From: a virus
Taxonomy: Duplodnaviria; Caudoviricetes
DNA length: 64,000 bases
Direction: 5' to 3' (one strand)
Virus record (IMG/VR): IMGVR_UViG_3300027759_000001
In this document: piece by piece, positions 60,624 through 64,000 of the stretch
Position numbering within the stretch: the first letter of the stretch is position 1
Layout: each line of letters begins with the position of its first letter
Translations under genes and position numbers: made by a program
The notes under the pieces: model-generated
The model's database searches: none
The model's input: only the letters and a program-made list of their open reading frames with translations
Told to the model about the DNA's origin: nothing

Positions 60624-61683
60624 GGAATTAAAACGAAAAGAATTTTTATTTGAGATTATTAATGATACCATTGATGGTATGGATATATATAATCATAATG
60701 AATCTCTTTGGTTAATTAAAACTGAAGAATCAAAATGGGCAATTGAATTTACCAAAGATAAAACATTGTGGTATAACTACAATTTATTTAAAAATTTATT
60801 TAAGGCAATTTCTTTAGATATTTCGGAAAATCAAAAATATGTAACTGAATGGTTTGAGTCAAGATTTTTGAATATGTCAAAGGTTAAAGATTGTTGTGAT
60901 CCATTTTTTGATCAAGATAAATATGTTGAAGAAACAATTCAAAGTGGGGTGAAGATTAGCGTATTTGATGATTTTGAAGAGATCCAATCTGTTAAAGACA
61001 CCATTCAAAATGGGGTTAAACAAACCGATTTTTCCATCCGATTGAATAATACTAGTATTGAAGATACCATTCAAAATGGTGTGAGACACACCGGATATGC
61101 GGGCGTTCGTATTCCATCAAAAGTTGAAGATGCTATTCAAAATGGGGTGAAACACACCCATGCGCAACGGTTCCATGAGTTCGTTGGAGTTGAAGATACC
61201 ATTCAAAATGGGGTGAAACACACCAAAGCCGATCTTGGTATTCAATCAATTATGCTTGAAGACACAATTCAAAATGGGGTGAAAGAAACCAAATTAAAAA
61301 GTGGTAAACAAACTGGTAAAGTTGAGGACACAATTCAAAATGGTGTTAAACATACCGAAGATGGTGATTGGTTAGATGGTGATGAAAGAATAGGAGATAT
61401 TATTCAAGAAGGTGTAAAGGAGACTATTCCCACACTACGACGTACTCTTCTTGGGGTTGATGATATTGTTCAAAATGGTGTTAAAGAAACCCATGAAGAT
61501 ACGTATCACCATAAAGGTAGAATCGGTGGTGTGATTAAAAAATTTATAACGATGATTAATAAAATGTTTTATCGGTTTAACAAATGGTTTGAAATAAACT
61601 TAGGTTGGTTCTTTGTTAATGGTAGGAAACAAGAAGTTTGGCATAAATACTTAAAAAAAAAATATAAAAATGGAGATAGATAA
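60613..61683 (+). CDS. Protein with nine 22-aa repeats (12 conserved plus 10 hypervariable residues)
   Basis: VEDTIQNGVKHT repeated with unrelated intervening decapeptides. Confidence 0.8.
   Translation: MDYKELKRKEFLFEIINDTIDGMDIYNHNESLWLIKTEESKWAIEFTKDKTLWYNYNLFKNLFKAISLDISENQKYVTEWFESRFLNMSKVKDCCDPFFDQDKYVEETIQSGVKISVFDDFEEIQSVKDTIQNGVKQTDFSIRLNNTSIEDTIQNGVRHTGYAGVRIPSKVEDAIQNGVKHTHAQRFHEFVGVEDTIQNGVKHTKADLGIQSIMLEDTIQNGVKETKLKSGKQTGKVEDTIQNGVKHTEDGDWLDGDERIGDIIQEGVKETIPTLRRTLLGVDDIVQNGVKETHEDTYHHKGRIGGVIKKFITMINKMFYRFNKWFEINLGWFFVNGRKQEVWHKYLKKKYKNGDR
60925..61521. repeat. CRISPR-like array of nine 36-nt repeats and 30-nt unique spacers, in frame inside a CDS
   Basis: Repeats start at 60925, 60991, 61057, 61123, 61189, 61255, 61321, 61390 and 61456; consensus GTTGAAGATACCATTCAAAATGGGGTGAAACACACC; spacers are 30 nt (one is 33 nt). 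Confidence 0.9.
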
Positions 61684-61930
61684 ATTTGAACAGGCAAAAA
61701 AAGTTAAAGAAGATATTGATAGATTGGAAAGACAGAAGTATAAATTAGAATCTGTACTTAAATCCTGTAGTTTAGGTGTTACAATTGGGTTTACTCATTC
61801 AGGAGCATTTAATAGAAAAGATGAGGTAAGTGTTTATAATGGAATCCTTATCAAAGAAATGGTAACTAAAGAACTTGAAAGATTGGAAGAAGAAATTAAG
61901 TTAGTCAAAAAAGAATTTGAATTAATATAA
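61670..61930 (+). CDS. Hypothetical protein
   Basis: ORF in operon. Confidence 0.6.
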   Translation: MEIDKFEQAKKVKEDIDRLERQKYKLESVLKSCSLGVTIGFTHSGAFNRKDEVSVYNGILIKEMVTKELERLEEEIKLVKKEFELI

Positions 61931-62238
61931 TGGAAATAGATAAACTACATCAATTATGTAAGTATGTTTACGATTCTTCTGTTATGAGTTATAATGGTAA
62001 AACTAATCCTACCAAACAGATCAATAAAATTAAAGAAATGATCAGAACTTACATTAGGAATGAAGTAACACCTTGTGAACTAACGGATCAGGAAAAAATG
62101 TCATATATATTGGATAATGAAATGATTATTACTTCTGCGGTTATGAAAGGACATCAAGCTAGTGATGGTGATGAATTTCAGGATACAAGAGTTAAAATAA
62201 AACAATACAGAATAGAATTAGGTATAATAAAAAAATAA
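61930..62238 (+). CDS. Hypothetical protein
   Basis: ORF in operon. Confidence 0.6.
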   Translation: MEIDKLHQLCKYVYDSSVMSYNGKTNPTKQINKIKEMIRTYIRNEVTPCELTDQEKMSYILDNEMIITSAVMKGHQASDGDEFQDTRVKIKQYRIELGIIKK

Positions 62239-62253
62239 TACTATATTTGCAAT

Positions 62254-62664
62254 ATGACAAAAGTTAGAATTTATTTAGATGATGTTCGTACACCAGTAGA
62301 CCCAAGTTGGGTTGTTGTTCGTTCTTACGATGAGTTTGTTCAAAAGATAAACTCAATTGGGATGGAGAACATTGAATTGATATCGTTAGATCACGACTTA
62401 GGTGATACTGCAATGAGAGAATGGCATTATGGTGTTGTAAAAAACTATACAATCAATTACGATAACATCACAGAAAAAACTGGTATGGATTGTACCAAAT
62501 GGTTGGTTAACCAATGGTTGGATGGTAAACCTGTTGTGGAAGTTGTGGTTCACTCTGCAAATGCCGTTGGTAGTGGTAATATGATGGGATATATCAACAA
62601 TTACAGACACTTAAGTAGATTGCCTCAGAATTGTGTAAGAGTACAAATAGAACATACAGTATAA
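62254..62664 (+). CDS. Cyclic-phosphate-processing receiver-domain protein
   Basis: IYLDDVR.P, WVVVRSYDEF, ISLDHDLG, TGMDC, VHSAN; TATATTTG at 62242. Confidence 0.75.
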   Translation: MTKVRIYLDDVRTPVDPSWVVVRSYDEFVQKINSIGMENIELISLDHDLGDTAMREWHYGVVKNYTINYDNITEKTGMDCTKWLVNQWLDGKPVVEVVVHSANAVGSGNMMGYINNYRHLSRLPQNCVRVQIEHTV

Positions 62665-62813
62665 TGATGACGGACGAAGAAAAGGATAATAGAATAAAAG
62701 AACTTGAGGAATTTCTTGAAGATGTTATTGAACATCCTTATATGTGTGGGTCCTCAATATGGGAAGAAGGTCGTAAATTACTAAACAAAGAAGAAGGTGA
62801 ACAAATTAGATAA
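62664..62813 (+). CDS. Small hypothetical protein
   Basis: Probable start MMTDEEK at 62664 within the 62631..62813 ORF. Confidence 0.45.
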   Translation: MMTDEEKDNRIKELEEFLEDVIEHPYMCGSSIWEEGRKLLNKEEGEQIR

Positions 62814-63933
62814 ACAATACCAAGATTTACTCCAAACTATTTTAGATTACGGAGTTGAAAAACAGGATAGAACAGGTACAGGAACCAAAAGTATTTTTGG
62901 TTATACTATTCGTCATAATATGCAAGATGGGTTTCCAGTTCTTACAACTAAGAAAATGGCTTGGAAAACTATGGTGACCGAGTTGTTATGGTTCTTGAGT
63001 GGTGATACAAACATCAAGTTCCTTGTTGATAACAATTGTCATATTTGGGATGGTGATGCTTATAAGAACTATTGTAAAATTGTAGGGTCTATTGAAGAAC
63101 CTGATTATAGTGTTCATGTTGATGACCCTAACCAAAATTGTACTAGGTTAATGACTATGGAAGAGTTCATCGACAAAATCAAGACAGATGATGAGTTTGC
63201 TAAGAAGTGGGGTGACCTCGGACCTGTGTATGGCAAGCAATGGAGAGATTGGGGAAGTAAAAAAAGATATGGTGACTATGAACCTCCAATGTATGGTGGT
63301 ATAGACCAAATCCAAAATCTAATCAATGACCTTAAGAACAATCCAGACTCAAGACGATTAATGGTTAATGCTTGGAATGTCGGAGAATTAGACCAAATGG
63401 TTCTTCCACCTTGTCATTATGGATTTCAAGTTTATACAAGAGAGTTGAGTGCTAGTGAAAGAATCACGTATAAAAACACTAAACAAATTAATTTATTGGA
63501 TTCAAATGAACTGTTTGATTTTATAAAAAGTAATGTTAGTATAGATTTAGATAATGAGGTTCATAAAGAATGTGACAAATTTAATATTCCAACCAGAGCA
63601 ATCTCTTTAATGTGGAATCAACGTTCAGTAGATACATTCTTAGGTTTACCATTTAATATCGCATCTTATGGGTTATTACTCACAATTTTGGCAAAAGAAG
63701 TTGACATGATTCCTGACCAATTGATTGGAAATTTAGGTGATACTCACTTATACTTAAATCATATTGAACAAGCGAAAGAACAGATCGGTAGAGAACCATT
63801 TCAATTACCAACACTAAATCAGTTCCCAACCTATGAAGGTTCAAGACCAAGTATTGAATCTTATGTGGTAGGTGATTTTACCCTTAAAGATTATCAATCA
63901 CACGAAACAATTAAAGCACTTTTATCAAATTAA
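62797..63933 (+). CDS. thyA: Thymidylate synthase with insertions
   Basis: DRTGTGT, ELLWF, LGPVYGKQWR, PDSRR, LPPCH, QRSVDTFLGLPFNIASY, GDTHLYLNH. Confidence 0.95.
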   Translation: MNKLDKQYQDLLQTILDYGVEKQDRTGTGTKSIFGYTIRHNMQDGFPVLTTKKMAWKTMVTELLWFLSGDTNIKFLVDNNCHIWDGDAYKNYCKIVGSIEEPDYSVHVDDPNQNCTRLMTMEEFIDKIKTDDEFAKKWGDLGPVYGKQWRDWGSKKRYGDYEPPMYGGIDQIQNLINDLKNNPDSRRLMVNAWNVGELDQMVLPPCHYGFQVYTRELSASERITYKNTKQINLLDSNELFDFIKSNVSIDLDNEVHKECDKFNIPTRAISLMWNQRSVDTFLGLPFNIASYGLLLTILAKEVDMIPDQLIGNLGDTHLYLNHIEQAKEQIGREPFQLPTLNQFPTYEGSRPSIESYVVGDFTLKDYQSHETIKALLSN

Positions 63934-64000
63934 AATTATGAACGAACAAAACAATTGGAATGATCCACAATTATCTGATGGAGATTTCCCACAATTAAAC

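Noticed and set aside
60925-61521. Calling the array a canonical, active CRISPR locus
   Set aside because: No cas gene or AT-rich leader is adjacent, the repeats diverge at synonymous positions and the frame stays open. Kept as a finding, not as a CRISPR feature.
60613-61683. Diversity-generating retroelement target
   Set aside because: No reverse transcriptase and no template/variable repeat pair differing only at adenines in this window.
62797-63933. Intein or intron in the long thyA
   Set aside because: The insertions are short, the frame is continuous, and there are no intein splice or homing-endonuclease motifs.

Overview
An AT-rich (about 30% GC by eye), densely coding 64-kb segment of a large, probably jumbo, tailed dsDNA phage using the standard genetic code. 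Repeated TTTG-N19-21-TAnnTTTG promoters, a Bacteroidota-type sigma factor and an Hc1-like protein point to a Bacteroidota host. From left to right: (i) a structural cluster of Thr/Pro mucin-like proteins (SprB-like and PA14-like domains, a tail/baseplate-type protein) with an embedded HPAT/SGT1-like peptide O-glycosyltransferase; (ii) replication and recombination genes (RuvC-like resolvase, primase, PD-(D/E)XK nuclease, SbcD/SbcC) and a phage sigma70 factor; (iii) an amidase with nearby membrane and coiled-coil genes, plus many late genes whose proteins start with an (I/L)xE leader; (iv) DnaJ, two DNA methyltransferases, thioredoxin, glutaredoxin, glutamine synthetase, RmlB, a lytic transglycosylase, a DHH enzyme and a NUDIX enzyme; (v) an accessory region with a dispersed RNA-repair toolkit, an annexin-like protein and ThyA. 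The most striking element is a nine-unit array of 36-nt repeats and 30-nt unique spacers (60925-61521). It has CRISPR geometry but reads in frame inside an ORF, and no cas gene is present. I recognised no tRNA, rRNA, IS element, integrase or reverse transcriptase. All family calls are by-eye motif recognition, not database searches.
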